From Octopus vulgaris (lineage: Eukaryota), in assembly GCA_951406725.2 (NCBI GenBank), contig OX597814.1:25544001-25608000 (forward strand): a DNA stretch of 64,000 nucleotides, given 5' to 3'. Each line of letters begins with the position of its first letter. The stretch's first letter is position 1. Positions 41,600-55,227 of this stretch are shown here, piece by piece. The notes under the pieces were generated by a model. It was not told the origin of the DNA, did not search any database, and saw nothing but the letters and a program-made list of their open reading frames with translations. The position numbers and the translations under genes were made by a program.

Positions 41600-41739
41600 T
41601 ATATAGTTGTCCATAAAAGAGTTACTTTGGAATTCTATTATCATTCATTCACAAAACATGACTGCACCACCTCAGTTGAGTCCTGATTAAGGGAGTTTCT
41701 GCATTGGGAATATTACATATAGACAGAATATCACTATTC

Positions 41740-42200
41740 TTCACACTATCAGCCCATTTTCATCATACCTTCATGGACAACTAAAAGAAAACTCACATCG
41801 TATTAAGTTGCATATAAGGAAAGCTGTATAGTAAAATTTTTATGTGTACACAGTGAAATTGTAAATAATGATAGAAAGAGAAATAGGGAATGTGTTCAGT
41901 TATTATGGGTAATTTGAAACACCTCAACATGCAAAGTAATGACTGGGAGGATATTGCAGAAAGTTGATATGATTGGGGAAGACCAGTGTAATATAGGACT
42001 AGTAAATTTGAAGCACCAAGAGTTCCTCACTATAACCAGTTGCATGAAACCAGAAAACAAACTTATCAAAATATGAATAATCTTGCAAACTATTACTGCC
42101 CCAATTGTGACTTTGCAGCCAAATCAAATACGGGTATAACTAGTCATTTCCATGCCCATGCTGCTCAGAGTAACAAAAGTCTGATACATGTAAACTGTAA
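41740..42200 (+). mobile_element. Old RTE/BovB-like C-terminus with C2H2 finger
   Basis: WEDIA..W; YCPNCDFAAKSNTGITSHFHAH. Confidence 0.55.
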
Positions 42201-42601
42201 CTGAGTGTACAAAATACATTCAGGACTGAAAATACATATGCATAGCCATCAAATTGAATAGAAATCTTTGTACATATTAAAATTGTAAATAACAAAAACA
42301 AATTAACAATATTGTAGAATTTTCATCTGCACGTATTAAATTGTAAATAAGGAAAACAGTATTGTAGAATTTTAATGTGTACACAGTTAAATTGTAAATA
42401 ATGAAAACAAATTAACTATATTAGAGGACTTTTTCATGTGTGCTGATCTTGTGTTTGTACTCACCGACTTTCCAGTTCAACAGGTTATTAGTCTGAATGT
42501 TAACTTATAATTGCTATAGTAATTAATTTTATAGCTGGTTGCCCTTTTCAACTTGTCAGTAAATGAGTAAGGGCACCTGTTGTCATTAACTTAGATTTCA
42601 G

Positions 42602-42679
42602 TGACTTGCAGTCAGTATGACTTGCAGTCAGTATGACTTGCAGTCAGTATGACTTGCAGTCAGTATGACTTGCAGTCAG
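42602..42679. repeat. 16-bp tandem repeat (TGACTTGCAGTCAGTA), about 5 copies
   Basis: Seen directly; copies identical, last one partial. Confidence 0.95.
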
Positions 42680-43399
42680 CATCATATGATTATCTACTTT
42701 CAGCTGGCTTTTAACAAAATTCATTATCTTTTTAATTTTAATAGTCTGAAATTGAATAGTTATTAAAATGCTTGCTTTAAAAGAAAAAGATTTTCAAACT
42801 ATGTACTATCAACAAGAGGGATGAGAGGTATTCCAGAAGGAGGCTTGTTTAATTAACTGGCAGGATAAGTAAAAATGTGAAGTGAACTCAAATTGATATG
42901 TGAATAAATCAGAATCCTGTGGATACAAAAACATTCAAATCAACAAACAAATAGCTATGCTATTTTGTTATGCCTCATTCCAAAGTAATTCTAATTTTTG
43001 GACTTTTGTAGGTGAGGACACATAAAATATTTTCTGCTCCTAAAGTAACAAAAAAAAAATGTTGGAGAAAAATTGCTTGAAATAATTTTCATTGATTCTA
43101 CCATAGTTACAAAGAATGGATGAACAGATAAATTTTCAATTTTTTGTTGTTGTTGTTGAATGTGCTTCCTAGCAACAACACTTCTGTAATGAAGTGGAAC
43201 TAGTTGCTATTTTACAATTGGATGCCTTAAGTAGGAAAAATGTTTCCATGACCGATAAAAGTATTGCCTCATTTTCACCTCAAAAGACCTCTCAAAATGA
43301 ATAAGTTGACATCCAGAGATCTTGGCCTCTCTAAACTAAAAAAACAATTCTCTAATATAAAAAAATTATAAAAAATTTACTTTACATTTACATAATGTT

Positions 43400-44150
43400 G
43401 TTAAAGAGATTATTTTAACAAATAAGTGTGAAAGAAAAGTAGTAGTCTACATATTTTGAGGATAGTTTCAGGCAAACAAAAGTGTACTAATATTATACTA
43501 GAAAAGCATCATTGATCATGTGTAAAAAGAGAAAAAAAATATGTTTATATATTTCCAAAAGTTCAGAAATTATTAGATTTATATTTAGATTTGCCTTTCA
43601 TCAGATTATGTTCAGCAAAATCATATAGGAAATAACGCATCTGTTCTAGACACTGTGTGATAACTGTAGGCACCAAGAAATTGATCCTTTCAATAGATAA
43701 TAAACCGAACAGCAGGAGTATTTTAATAAAAGTTGCAAACCCCAATAGGAAAAAATCGTGTTGATATAAATATTATTAAAAAAAGTGGGGAGAAAGCAGA
43801 ATGCATAAAAAAGTATTTTTGTGTATTTTTTGATATGGGTTGTACAGTTACACATGTAACTAATACCATTCACTCTATCAGTACATATAAATTGAATCCT
43901 TTTGTTAATAACAGAGCATAAAACTAATAAGTCCTTTACATTGTTAAACATTTTTATGTGTTTGTGCATAGGTAGATGACCACTTTGATACCATAATGAA
44001 ATTATATAGTATGGATTTAATCTGCTATTTATCTGTACATATTCATATATAATAGACTCTGCACATATCTTCACAAGCAGAGTAATTGAGTTTTATAAAT
44101 CATTTTATTTTGCATACATCATAATAACAATCAAAATAAGAGTAAACTTT
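43400..44150 (-). pseudogene. Copy B segment: NHE TM2-TM6
   Basis: SRLNPYYIISL resembles AHMDPHVLLQI; IFSYWG resembles LFNYNW; LLLFGLLS resembles AMMFGAIMS; LMKGKS..MINDAF resembles IIEGESLLNDG (CPA1 ND motif). Confidence 0.6.
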
Positions 44151-44497
44151 TTTCATTTTATTTTATCATTTTTCCTGGTAGATGCTATTTATAACATTTT
44201 CGGCTGTTGTTTAATCACTAGCTAGCTATATGACTGAGCAGACATCAGATTAAAAGGTTCCAACTTTATTTATCCCTTCCTTCTTTGGAGTAAGTATAAT
44301 ATATCTAAGTCTGCATTATCCAGTGAGTTCTTTGTCCTTTTAAGACAGCATAAGGCAATTTCAGTGAGGCATAGCTGTTATATCTAACAAACCAAGGAAT
44401 CTGATAAAGGCTTATTGACAGTTTGTTTAGTCCATTAGAATGCTAAAACTATATGGCTTATTCAACTGATTGTTCAGATACAACTGATCGTTCACAT

Positions 44498-44907
44498 AGG
44501 CATAGGAGTGCCTGTGTGGTAAGTAGCTTGCTTACCAACCACATGGTTCCAGGTTCAGTTCCACTGCATGGCACCTTGGGCAAGTGTCTTCTACTATAGC
44601 CTCGGGCTGACCAAAGCCTTGTGAGTGGATTTGGTAGATGGAAACTGAAAGAAGCCCATCATATATATATATATATGTATATATATATGTGTGTGTGTGT
44701 GTGTGCGTGTGTGTGTGTGTGTGTTTGCTTGACAACCGACGTTGGTGTGTTTACAACCTCATAACTTAGCAGTTCGGCAAAAGAGACAGATAGAATAAGT
44801 ACTAGGCTTACAAAGAATAAGTCCTGGGGGCGATTTGCTCGACTAAAGGCGGTGCTCCAGCATGGCCACAGTCAAATGACTGAAACAAATAAAAGAATAA
44901 AAGAATA
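44498..44907 (+). mobile_element. SINE family A
   Basis: Match to 12765-13150. Confidence 0.9.
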
Positions 44908-45079
44908 CTTATAACAGTAAGCTCTAATAACTATTCATTTTCTTTATCAATGTCAACTTACAAAATATTCTCCAATGAAGATTATAGAATCTGATACTGT
45001 GTCAAAACTTTAAAATCTAGATGTAATTAAGAAATCCTATCCATAATTATCAAGGCCAGCTCCCGGTATTAATAATTAA

Positions 45080-46106
45080 AAATAGGATTACTTATCAAAC
45101 TAAATCATTCTCTCTCCTATGCATGCTTGAACTCAATGCTTTCTACAGTGTAATTTTCCTTTTGTTGTGAAAATCATATCAATGAAAGAAGCAAAAATTG
45201 TGGTGTTTTAGATAGCTGGAAAGAGGGAAATTATCTAATGTTATGGAATTTAAAAGGTTCTACCTGAAGCAGATATTTCATTTCTTCACAGCAGGCAACC
45301 TAAAATGCTTCCTTCTTCACTTTTGTTATATTGGATTTTGCCAACACAAATCACTATTAATCTCTTCAAACATTACTGATTATATTTCTTATCTCGCTCT
45401 TAAGAACTTCAGGGGACAAAATATTGTTGTTGCTCCTTACGTCAGCAAATTCTTCCACCATATCTTACATAAGAAAACTTCTGGCAAATTTCCTGCTTAT
45501 GGGCTCCAACTATCTCTCATCTCTTGGATAAGAAGTTTATTGTCAGACTGGAATATTGAATGGGTTCATTCTGTCTTACATCTTATCAGTTCTGGTATAC
45601 CTCAATGTTTTGTTTTATCTTCTAAACTTGTATTTCTGTACATTAATGAACTACTCACTGTGATGTCTAACCACAAAAACTCCTCAGCAGATGATTCAAC
45701 GCTTCATTCCATAAACCTCAGGACACATTTCATTCCATGTGCATGCAGCATAGACATCTCTCAGCAGATTATTATTTTTTCATGAACAGAGATCTCAAAC
45801 TTATTCTCAAATGAAGAGATATAGCAAGCCAGTCTTCTTAAACAACACCAAACCGTAACCACTAATTGTATCAAGAATAAAAGTCTTCCCTACTCTCCAC
45901 ATAAACTTAAATGATATATAGTTAAAACCAGTCCTGAAACCCAAAGTTTATCCCTAATGAGCTTTCATGGCTTGTGGTGTTTTAGATATAAGAAAAACAT
46001 CATGAAGATAAAGTTTTTTTCTTCATGACTGGAAAATAATTCAGCCCTTATCATTTGTTGACTTTTTGCAAAGCTGAAGTGTGACACTAGTGTGAAATAC
46101 TGCTTG

Positions 46107-46160
<54 letters not shown>

Positions 46161-46600
46161 TCATCATCATTTTGCGTCCGTTTTCCATGCTAGCATGGGT
46201 TGGAAGGTTCAACTGGGGTCTGTGAAGCCAGAAGGCTTCATCAGGCCCAGTTGCCAAACACACAGATATCCTCAGTAACTAATGATTATTCTGCTGACTG
46301 GTAAACATTTATTCATTAACATATTACAAATGTTAATCCATAGGTCTGCTATTTGTTCTGTTTGTTTGTTTCATATGTGACTCTACACATCTCTTTTTAA
46401 CTTACGAGCAGTAAACCATTCAAAGTCTTCCGATATACTGAATGCTCACTAGAAATAATTCTACTTGTGTATTACCTAATCTCCTAAATCTAAACCAAAT
46501 ATTTTGCTAAATCTTCTCTCCATAAAATTACCACTCCTGAAAGTTGTTTCCTATCCTTATTTTCATTTCAAGCAGAGATCTATAGAAGTTTAATATGAAT
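45080..46600 (+). mobile_element. Degenerate CR1/Jockey-group LINE reverse transcriptase
   Basis: ISWIRSLLSD, SGIPQCFVLS..FLYINEL, SADDSTL. Confidence 0.75.
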
Positions 46601-46745
46601 TCTTTTGTTAATTCACCTCAGATTGAACTCACTGTGAGAGTCTAAGAAAGTCACAGGGATATTTCCTCTTCGCATCTTCAACTAAATAATATTGTTGAAA
46701 CATCAAGAATACACAGTCTCCTAATTAGAATAATATAAACTTTAC

Positions 46746-46866
46746 CTTAGATTAGGTATTTACTCTCTCTGTGGTTCCCTGTATGTATCTATATGGTATT
46801 GTGAAAGAACTATTTCACAGTACACAAAAACTATTTTGCAGTGTGCCAAACAAGATGTATAGGTAA
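46746..46866 (-). pseudogene. Copy B exon: TM1 region
   Basis: Long pyrimidine tract plus TAG acceptor, AAG|GTAAAG donor. ILFGTLQNSF...TIPY resembles CLFGAISRSLF..PIPY. Contains in-frame stops. Confidence 0.5.
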
Positions 46867-46902
46867 CTATTTTAAAGAAACAAACAAAAGAAAAAAGGAT
46901 AA

Positions 46903-47047
46903 GTGCAGGCATGGCTGTTAGGTAAGAAGCTTGCTTCCCAACCAACTGATTCTGGGTTCAGACCCACTTCGTGGCACCTTGGCAAGTGTCTTTTACTACA
47001 GCCTCAGCTTTGTGAGTAGATTTGGTAGACAAAAACTGAAAGAACCC

Positions 47048-47091
<44 letters not shown>

Positions 47092-47230
47092 GTGTGTGTG
47101 TGTAAAAATAGAAATATTACATTTCTAAATCTCTCAGAGAGAGTTATGCAGTAACACCACAATAAAGTGATGCCTTGTTGCCAACTTAATGTGGTATATA
47201 TATGTGTATGTGTGTGTATATGTATACATA

Positions 47231-47274
<44 letters not shown>

Positions 47275-47488
47275 TTCATGTCTGTGTTTGTTCCCCAAGT
47301 CTGCTTGACAACCGGCATTGGAGTGGTTACATCTTTGTAAAGTAACAGTTCAGCAAAAGAACTGATAGTATAAGTACCAGGTTTAAGAAATAAGTCCTTG
47401 GGTTGATTTGTTCCACTAAAAACCTTCAAGGTGGTGCTCCAAAATGGCCACAGTCTAATGACTGAAATAAGTAAATGAATAAAAAAAT
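46903..47488 (+). mobile_element. SINE family A halves separated by ~90 bp of unique DNA
   Basis: 5' half 46903-47100, 3' half 47190-47488. Confidence 0.7.
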
Positions 47489-47749
47489 AAACTAATGGTG
47501 AATAGGAATTGAAATTAGCTTAAATTATTTACGTATAGTAATTAATGACATCTTGGAAAGGTTGACATTTTCACAACTAACCAGACTAGCTGTGATATGT
47601 ATTTTCGAGCTTACTTAGAATCTCTTTATCACCCATGTTAAACACTAAAGTCAGAAGGTGAAATTATGTATATACATATCTTAGAGCCTTAAATATTCCA
47701 TCTATCATTTTCTCTTATAAATGACTTTTGCAGTGGTATTGATACAAGA

Positions 47750-48750
47750 TCATCATCATCATCATCATCGTCGTTTTATGTCTGCTTTCCATGAGGGCGC
47801 ATGGCTTAGTGGTTAGGGCATTCGGCTCATGATCGTAAGGTTGTGAGTTCGATTCCCGGTGACGCGTTGTGTCCTTGAGCAAGACACTTTATTTCACGTT
47901 GCTCCAGTCCACTCAGCTGGCAAAAATGAGTTGTACTTGTATTTCAAAGGGTCAGCCTTGTCACTCTCTGTGTCACGCTGATTATCCCCGAGAACTACGT
48001 TAAGGGTACACGTGTCTGTGGAATGCTCAGCCATTTGCACGTTAATTTCACGAGCAAGCTGTTCCGTTGATCGTATCAGCTGGGACCCTCGTCGTCGTAA
48101 CCGGCGGAGTCTTTTAATGTCTGCTTTCCATGCTGGCATGGGCTGGAAGGTTTGACTGAGGACTGGTGAGCCAGAAGCTGCACCAGGCTCAGTCTGATTG
48201 GTAAAGTTTCTATAACTGGATGCTCTTCCTAACGCCAGCCACTCTGAGAATGTAGTGAGTGCTTTTACATGCCACCGGCACGAGGACCAGTCAGGCAGTT
48301 CTGGCAACGACCACACTCAAAAGGTGTTTTTACGTGCTACCTACACAGGAGCCAGTCCAGCGGCACTGGTGACGACCACACTTGAATGTTGTTTTTCACA
48401 TGTCACCAGCACATGTGCCGGTAAAGCAATGCTGGCAATGATCATGCTCAAATAGTGCTTTTCATGTGTCACTGGCATGGGAGCCAATCTATGGCCCAGG
48501 CAACGATCATGCTCAGATGTGCTTTTAACGTTCCACTGGCACGAGTACCAATCAGGTGGTACTGTCATCGGCCATGTCAGCAATTTTGATTTGTTTACAC
48601 TTGCCTCAATGGGTCTTCGCAAGCAAAGCTTGTTGTCCAATGAATGAGGGGTACTCATAAGTGGGCCATTCAGATGTGCTTTTAATGTTCCACTGGCATG
48701 AGTGCCAATCAGGGGGTACTGTCATTGACCACGTCAGCAATTTTGATTTT
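47750..48750 (-). mobile_element. RTE 3'UTR fragment hosting a nested SINE
   Basis: Matches 23780-24290; internal ~85-bp duplication at 48512 and 48668. Confidence 0.85.
47794..48111 (+). mobile_element. SINE (head D plus family C tail) with target-site duplication
   Basis: TGGCTTAGTGG and AGTTCGATTCC boxes; ATGTCTGCTTTCCATG duplicated on both sides. Confidence 0.9.
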
Positions 48751-49054
48751 AATTTCATTTATTCATTCAAAAAATTTAAGCTAGGAAGAAAGCAACTTGA
48801 TCTTTATTCATTAATGCTCAGAATTCACTAATTTATTCTTAAGACAAATTACAAGACATTACCCTTTTACTTGCTTTAGTCATTAGACTGCAGCTATGCT
48901 GGTTCACAGCCTAGAAATTTAATTTTGCAATTTACAAATTAGCTTCCCTTTAAAGAGCCAAATGATTGTTGTTCCTGTTCTTATTAAATACATAGACAGC
49001 CTACGTAGGTGGGAATATAGAGGTATATTCAATAGAATCTATCATTGTATATTA

Positions 49055-49262
49055 CTGATTTCAAATTTTGGCACAAGGTCAGCAATTTCAGGGAGAGGGT
49101 AAGTTGATTACATTGACCCCAGTATTCAACTGGTACTTATTTTATCAACCCTGAATGGATGAAAGGCAAAGTTGACCCCAGCAGAATTTGAACTCAGAAC
49201 ATGAAGACAGACGAAATGCCACGATTTAACCTGGCATGCTAACGATTCTGCCAGTTCACCAA
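49055..49262 (-). mobile_element. SINE family B
   Basis: Reverse match to 50801-51015. Confidence 0.8.
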
Positions 49263-49399
49263 GTAATATTGTATATTATTAGCACATATTTTAATTATTC
49301 CTTCTATCACACCTCAGTACTGAGTGATGCAACATAAAGTCAAATTATGAGAAATTCAAATTCATAATTTCGAGATATTACATAATAATATATGGGAGC

Positions 49400-49715
49400 A
49401 GGTATAATATAATGCATTTCATATGCTGTTCTACTGTTTTATCCACCTTTGCTGTTCTCCAGTCCAAATCATTCAACAAATTTCACTTTAGTAGTTTTAT
49501 TGCAAACAGCTTTCCATATATTTCTGAAAATCCAGATATTTATCGAAATTTTACTATACAATGAAGGGTGAAAAGGAGATATAAATTAAAACACAACCTT
49601 TTCCCACTACTTCTAAATTTTATAGAAATTCACTCTTTGTATTCAAAAATTTCAATAAACTGGAAAACATCAATTGTAAAATAAAAATTCAGTAACAAAT
49701 TTTATAAACAGAAAG
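49400..49715 (-). pseudogene. Copy A segment: C-terminal CNBD
   Basis: RNIWKAVCNK resembles YRLWRVVAIR; DWRTAKV..E resembles GWTQEKVKLHLE. Confidence 0.45.
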
Positions 49716-49780
49716 CTGACAAGATGATATCAGAATTATATCTTTATTTCAATGTAATCATTTTAGAAACTGATACTTAC

Positions 49781-50309
49781 ATAAGCCACACCACAAAATT
49801 TAACACGTTTTCCTATTATTTTATAACTCCAAGCAAGTGAAAAGAATTTTGTCAAACCAGTAAATACTTAATTTTATCTGCCAACTCTATATTATTATCT
49901 CCCACGAACACTCCCTTGTTGTAATGTACTTTTTTAAAGTTTCCCTTAAAATCCTTTTCTGTGCCCTTATCATTAAATGTCTTTTTCTTCTTTCCATTTT
50001 TTAAATATTTTTGAGCTTTTTTTTCCTTTGGCAAGATTTTATTTTTTCCATATTTTATGTTTGTTTTTAGTGGCATATTACAAAATTATTTTCTTTGTTT
50101 TACTTTTCATTCAAGTTATCCTTCACTGTTCTAGACATTGAATTTGAAAAGATTTCACTATAAGTCATTATGATATGACAAGCAAATTTACAAGGGAAAC
50201 TTTGACTGTCAGTACCAATTAATTTCCAATTGATCTGTTTATAGTTTATCAGTGACATTTGAAACAAAATGTGACTGAAGAGTGTCTCACAAAGAGAGAT
50301 CTTGCTGTG
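49781..50309 (-). pseudogene. Copy A segment: C-linker and start of CNBD
   Basis: Acceptor ...gtatgcag| and donor TAT|GTAAGT. YLKN...DKGTEKDFKGNFKKVHYNKG...ADKIKY/(frameshift)TGLTKF resembles LLKN...DMKLIDFIKARASLLHYDYG...SDGLFLIVSGLVKL. Confidence 0.65.
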
Positions 50310-50599
50310 CTGCATACGAGATGTTTAGGAAGAAAAAATGTCATCAAAGCGGTTGTGAGGATGGAGAATGAAATTAGCTTAAAATTATTTAAGAATAATT
50401 ATTAATGACATGTTGGAATGGTTGACATGTTTCATAACTAACCAGACAACCACTGATATGTATTTTCAAGATTGCTTCCTTAGAGGTAAAGACAAACTTT
50501 TGCATTGAGTTTCCATGTTTAACCATCTGGGACAAAATTGTTGGAATTTTTTGTCAAAACCTTTATTTTATAGAAATAATAAACATTGTTGGTGTTGGA

Positions 50600-50689
50600 A
50601 TTATTACTATTATTGTTATTGCTGTTGTTGTTGTTCCTCTTCTTCTTCTTCTTTTTCATTTTCTTCTTCTTTTTCTTTTTCTTCTTCTT

Positions 50690-50754
<65 letters not shown>

Positions 50755-50800
50755 CCTTATTATCATCATCATCATCATCATCGTTGTTGTTGTTGTTGTT
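50600..50800. repeat. Compound trinucleotide microsatellite (TGT/TCT/TAT/CAT)
   Basis: Seen directly. Confidence 0.95.
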
Positions 50801-51015
50801 AAGGCAGCGAACTGGTAGAATCATTAGCATGTTGGATAAAATGCTTGGTGACATTTCATGTATCTTCATATTCTGAGTTCAAATTCCACCTGGGTCGACT
50901 TTGCTTTTCATCATTTCAGGGCCGATAAAATAAGTACCAGTTGATCACTGGGGTTGATGTAAATGACTTACCCTCTCCCATAAAATTGATGGCCTTGCGC
51001 CAAAATTTGAAACTA
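50801..51015 (+). mobile_element. SINE family B
   Basis: AAGGCAGCGAACTGGTAGAA head. Confidence 0.8.
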
Positions 51016-51459
51016 TTATTATTATATTATTTTTTTGTAGACTAGATAATTATTAGTATTATTTACTGATTAGTTAATTAATTTATTTTCATATTTTCCC
51101 TCACCCAATTTTATCTCAACCCTCACACAAATTGTCATCTTTCTTTGTTATGTCACAGAAATGATCATCATTGTTTATGTTTTGCTGGTGTAGTTGCTGC
51201 TACTGCTGCTCATACTGATTAGCCAGAGGAGTAGTAGTATCAAGAGAGCTGTAGATAAATGCCTTGCAATATTTAGTTATGATTTGAATTCAAATTTCTT
51301 CTTTCTTTCTTTGTTAAAATGCATACCAGACCAACATCATCATCATCATCCTCATCGTCATTTAATGACCATTCTCCATGTTGGTATGTGTTGGATGGTT
51401 CAGTTGGAATTGACAAGCCAGAAGACTGTGCCAAGCTTTGCTGTTGCTGTCTGCAATAG

Positions 51460-51960
51460 CATGAGAGAGGGGGAGGGGGGAGAGAGAAAGGGGCAGACAG
51501 ACAGACACAGAGAGAGTAGAGAGAGTGTGAGAGAGAGAGGGAGAGAGAGGAGGGAGAGAGAGGGAGAGAGAGAAGAAAGAGAGAGTGAGTAGAGAGAGAG
51601 AGAAGAGAGAGAGAAGAGAGAAAGAGGGAAAGAGAGAGGAGAGAGAGAGAGATGGTGAAGGTGTGATAGGGGTGGATACCCAAGTTACAGAGAGGTGTGT
51701 ACACAGTGCAGTGGGCTGAGGTTTGGTGAGGGTGAGAAGGTGGGTGATTTCATGAGATTGCAGAAGACTGTGAGACAGAGGTGGAAACATAGTGAGTGGA
51801 CACAGGTTGAAGGTAAAAGGTATCAGGAGGGTATGTTGTGAATAAGAGGGGACATATTATGTGCGGGGATAGGTTTGTGAGGAAGAGTGGGAGATGGAGG
51901 TGAGGGGGAATACAGCAGTTGGTGAGAAGTTTATCAGGGGACAGACTGTATGGGGTGGTC
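51460..51960. repeat. Polypurine (GA-rich) low-complexity tract
   Basis: Seen directly. Confidence 0.85.
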
Positions 51961-52789
51961 ATAGACATAAAGGACCTGCCTTTATAGCTCCATTTTAGCT
52001 GTTAAATAGACTAAGCTTTTGACCTTGTACAATAGAAGAGTGACAGAATCAAGAAAGTCCAACCCTGCTTTGCATTATTTAGTTACATCCCATTTTTCTG
52101 AGTACAAGTCCATTTGAAGTAAAATAAAGTACCTGGTACCTGTCCCCTCCCAACAAATGAGTGACTTGATGCCACAATAGAAATCATCGTTATTGTTGTT
52201 ATATAGGGCTGTCAGTAACAAAATTGGCAAAGCCATTTTAGGGTCTTACTCTGATGTGTGAATGGAAAATGGACACAGAAACAGGACAAAAAGCCATATC
52301 TGTCTTTGAGAGCAGATCAATTCATCAAAGAGTCAACAGTCATTCATCAACTTAAAAATGGTGTAGGGTAACGTTATATATTGTGGGGAGTGACAGTTGC
52401 ATGATAGTTTTATTGAAAGACTCCTGGTAGCCATATACTCATGCATTCTTGACTTACATTGGTTAATGACTGTTTACTTCTGATTGCATCATGAACAAGA
52501 AGATGGAAGGAAGTCCCTTTTCTTTACGCAAATAAGCAGAGAGAATTAGATTTCAATGGCTGTTTACTTTGAAATAAGACTTAACCCTTGTTGCTTATCA
52601 ACTACCAAAAATGTAACTGCTCATTCAACCTGCTTTACATACAGTCCTCATTTTAAGCTTGACCCCTCTTCACCTTCTGTGTTAACCTATATCACATGAA
52701 CTATCAATTAAAACAACAGCAAGCAGTAAAATAAAAAAAATTAAAATTAACAACCATTTCTATGTATATCTACCTACATTTAAAAAATG

Positions 52790-53339
52790 CAATCTACATT
52801 TAATCTTTCTCATAACGTTTCAAAATTACTTGTCAGCCAAGGCAGACATCATTCTGAATGTAGCCTTAATGGCACAACAATACTGGTTATATTTTCTTGT
52901 TATCCAGTGTTGACTTCATTTTCCCATGTACCATTAATCCAAATGTGACATGACATTCCATCAAGAGAAAAGTTATTTGAAAATTAATTTCTATTGCCTT
53001 CCCCCTTTTTTTTTTTTTTATTAAACTGTAATGAGAGCACTAGGAAACTTCAACCAAACTCATCCACATTCTGGTTAAATGCAAGTACTTCTTCTTTCTG
53101 AAGACCCAGTTTTACCGTTCTTGGACGTTTGCACTCATACTAAGACTCTAAAAATGAAAATTTATTCCTATCAGAAACGAAAGGATTGGAAAACTCTCTT
53201 GGACTATTGATACACAACACTCTTGACATCTATAAGACTTGACCAACAAACGTGTGGAACATAAAATTTTATCTATTTTCCTTAAATGTAGAATTTTAGA
53301 AGTTTGTGATAACCCAGCTCTTTGCTGCACTTGCTGCAT
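52790..53339 (-). pseudogene. Copy A segment: voltage-sensor domain S1-S4
   Basis: CVSIVQESFPILSFLIGINF resembles CHTIVFTEEFEHVGYLVILMNIF (S1); LFS*WNVM resembles FFSHAWNIF (S3); IKATFRMMS resembles S4. Frameshifted. Confidence 0.55.
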
Positions 53340-55227
53340 CTAGATATGATGATCAGGGCAGTGGCAGAAAAATTGGCAGGACAACAATAATAGCTCATGT
53401 AAAAAATTTTTGAATACTTTATACTTAAATAAATGTATAAAGTTTTAAAAATACTTTCATAAAAAATTACAAAACCAAAAACATATTTTATAAAATTTTT
53501 AATATCTTAAAAAAAACGGTTTGAAATTCATTTGTTAAACTGATATTTAAATGTGTACTATAATGAATTTAAATAAAAACAAGATATGTTCATATATTAA
53601 GTCTGATAAATTTTTAATGCCCAATTCCATTAATTTATCTGATTTTGATATAGTTGATAAATTTTTCCTAACATAATTCTGAGTCCTAAATTTGGTGTTA
53701 AGCACTCCTATTTATTGTTTTAATTATTAATTATTTGTGCTATTTGTATGGAAATAAACATAGAAAACAATTGCCTAACAACTGAAAAATAAAGTGTATT
53801 TTGAAAACAAGTGGAATGAACTTCTTGATAGGATTAAATATGTGTATTTATGCTTTAAATCCAAGAATAATCTAATTATCAAAGAATGTTGGCTTTTTAA
53901 AAGGAAAAATGAAGGTATCTTTTGCACCTAAAATTGCACTTAAAATTACAATGTTTTGCATCTCAAAGCTGCATTTAAAAAACCGAATTTTTGCACCTAA
54001 AGTCTGCTCTCTACATGTGATCTATTAAATTACACAAACATTCAAAATATTGAAAATGAGAAAAATTTTAATTTGTGTAATGTTACTTTCCTATGACCAT
54101 ACATACAGCTAAACGAAACCAAACCAAAACTGGAAATGAACTGAATCTGGTCAAAATCTCCATATAATGCTATCTCTTTTCTTTTTATTTAAGTTTATTT
54201 TCAAAACTTTCAATCAACACCACAAAATATATTCAGGGATCACTCTCAAATTTGACAATGTTTTACCAATTTTGGCAACGTTTCCAAGTTTCAAGTTTCT
54301 CTCATTTAGATATTTTAAGAAAGCTTAGACAGACCTGAAAGATTTCTGGAGTAGAGATGAGGTGTCATTGAGGAAGTCGCGAATGGTGGTGAATGAACAT
54401 TCACAAACCTAGCAGATTAATTGATTGACCAAACAGTTAATCAAGTAGTCAATTGGTTAAATCTTAACAAATTTACTATTACTAATAAAAATTAAATAGA
54501 ACCAGTGTGTGTGTTTAATATTGGCGTAATGATCCTCTCGAGATATGACAACATCTGTTTCAACATATGCATTAACACCAAGAATCATACAAATCATGTG
54601 CAAAACTTAAAACTGAACTTTGCTTTAAAAGAACCTAGATACGATGGGTTAAAGATGAATGTGGGCCTTGCTCTTTGAAATCCAATCGTGTTTTGCTGCA
54701 AGATATAAATTTTGTTGCACAAATGTCGATGAGGTTTACAGAAACAGACTTATTTCATTGAGGTTTTACGAATAAGCTGAATTATACCATGTTTCCAAAA
54801 CATGGCAGGGATATTTTAGTTTAAAGATGTGTTTGAGCTTTACTCATTCAAATTTGACCTCTTTTGCTGCATTAAGTTTTCTCTGTAGTGTCTATTTCGA
54901 GGAGATCAGTAGAATTAAATTTCTCTCAGTGGTCTTTTATTTAAGTGAAATTAAAACAAAAATAAGAAAGTTACAATGTAATTTACTGCTTAGAAGTTGC
55001 ACCTATTCGTTACTCTCTCACTTTTTAAAACATTTTATCATAATTATTCCCAACCAATTTTCTATTATTACATCTCAAAATATAGCAAGCACTGTTTCTA
55101 TTCAATGAACTTAGCTCGATTTAATTTAGTTGAGAATTGAACTACCTACAGAATGTAGAAGTGGTTGCAAAAAGTCACCGGTAATTTTATGCATACATAC
55201 ATGCATACATACACATGTACATATATA

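Noticed and set aside
42602-42679. CRISPR-like array
   Set aside because: No spacers, eukaryotic context and no cas genes.
43563-44074. GPCR-like motifs (DLLVL, LLSIER)
   Set aside because: They are in different frames with no other GPCR hallmarks, and the context fits NHE TM3-6.
49852-50076. Lys-rich 74-aa ORF as a standalone small protein or Polinton/adintovirus fragment
   Set aside because: Better explained as the SLC9C CNBD start, continuing by frameshift into TGLTKF.
53355-54652. AT-rich DNA-transposon-like termini (TAGAGAGCAGAC..., ...GGGTTAA)
   Set aside because: Probably transposon remnants, but no paired TIRs or transposase could be shown, so not classified.
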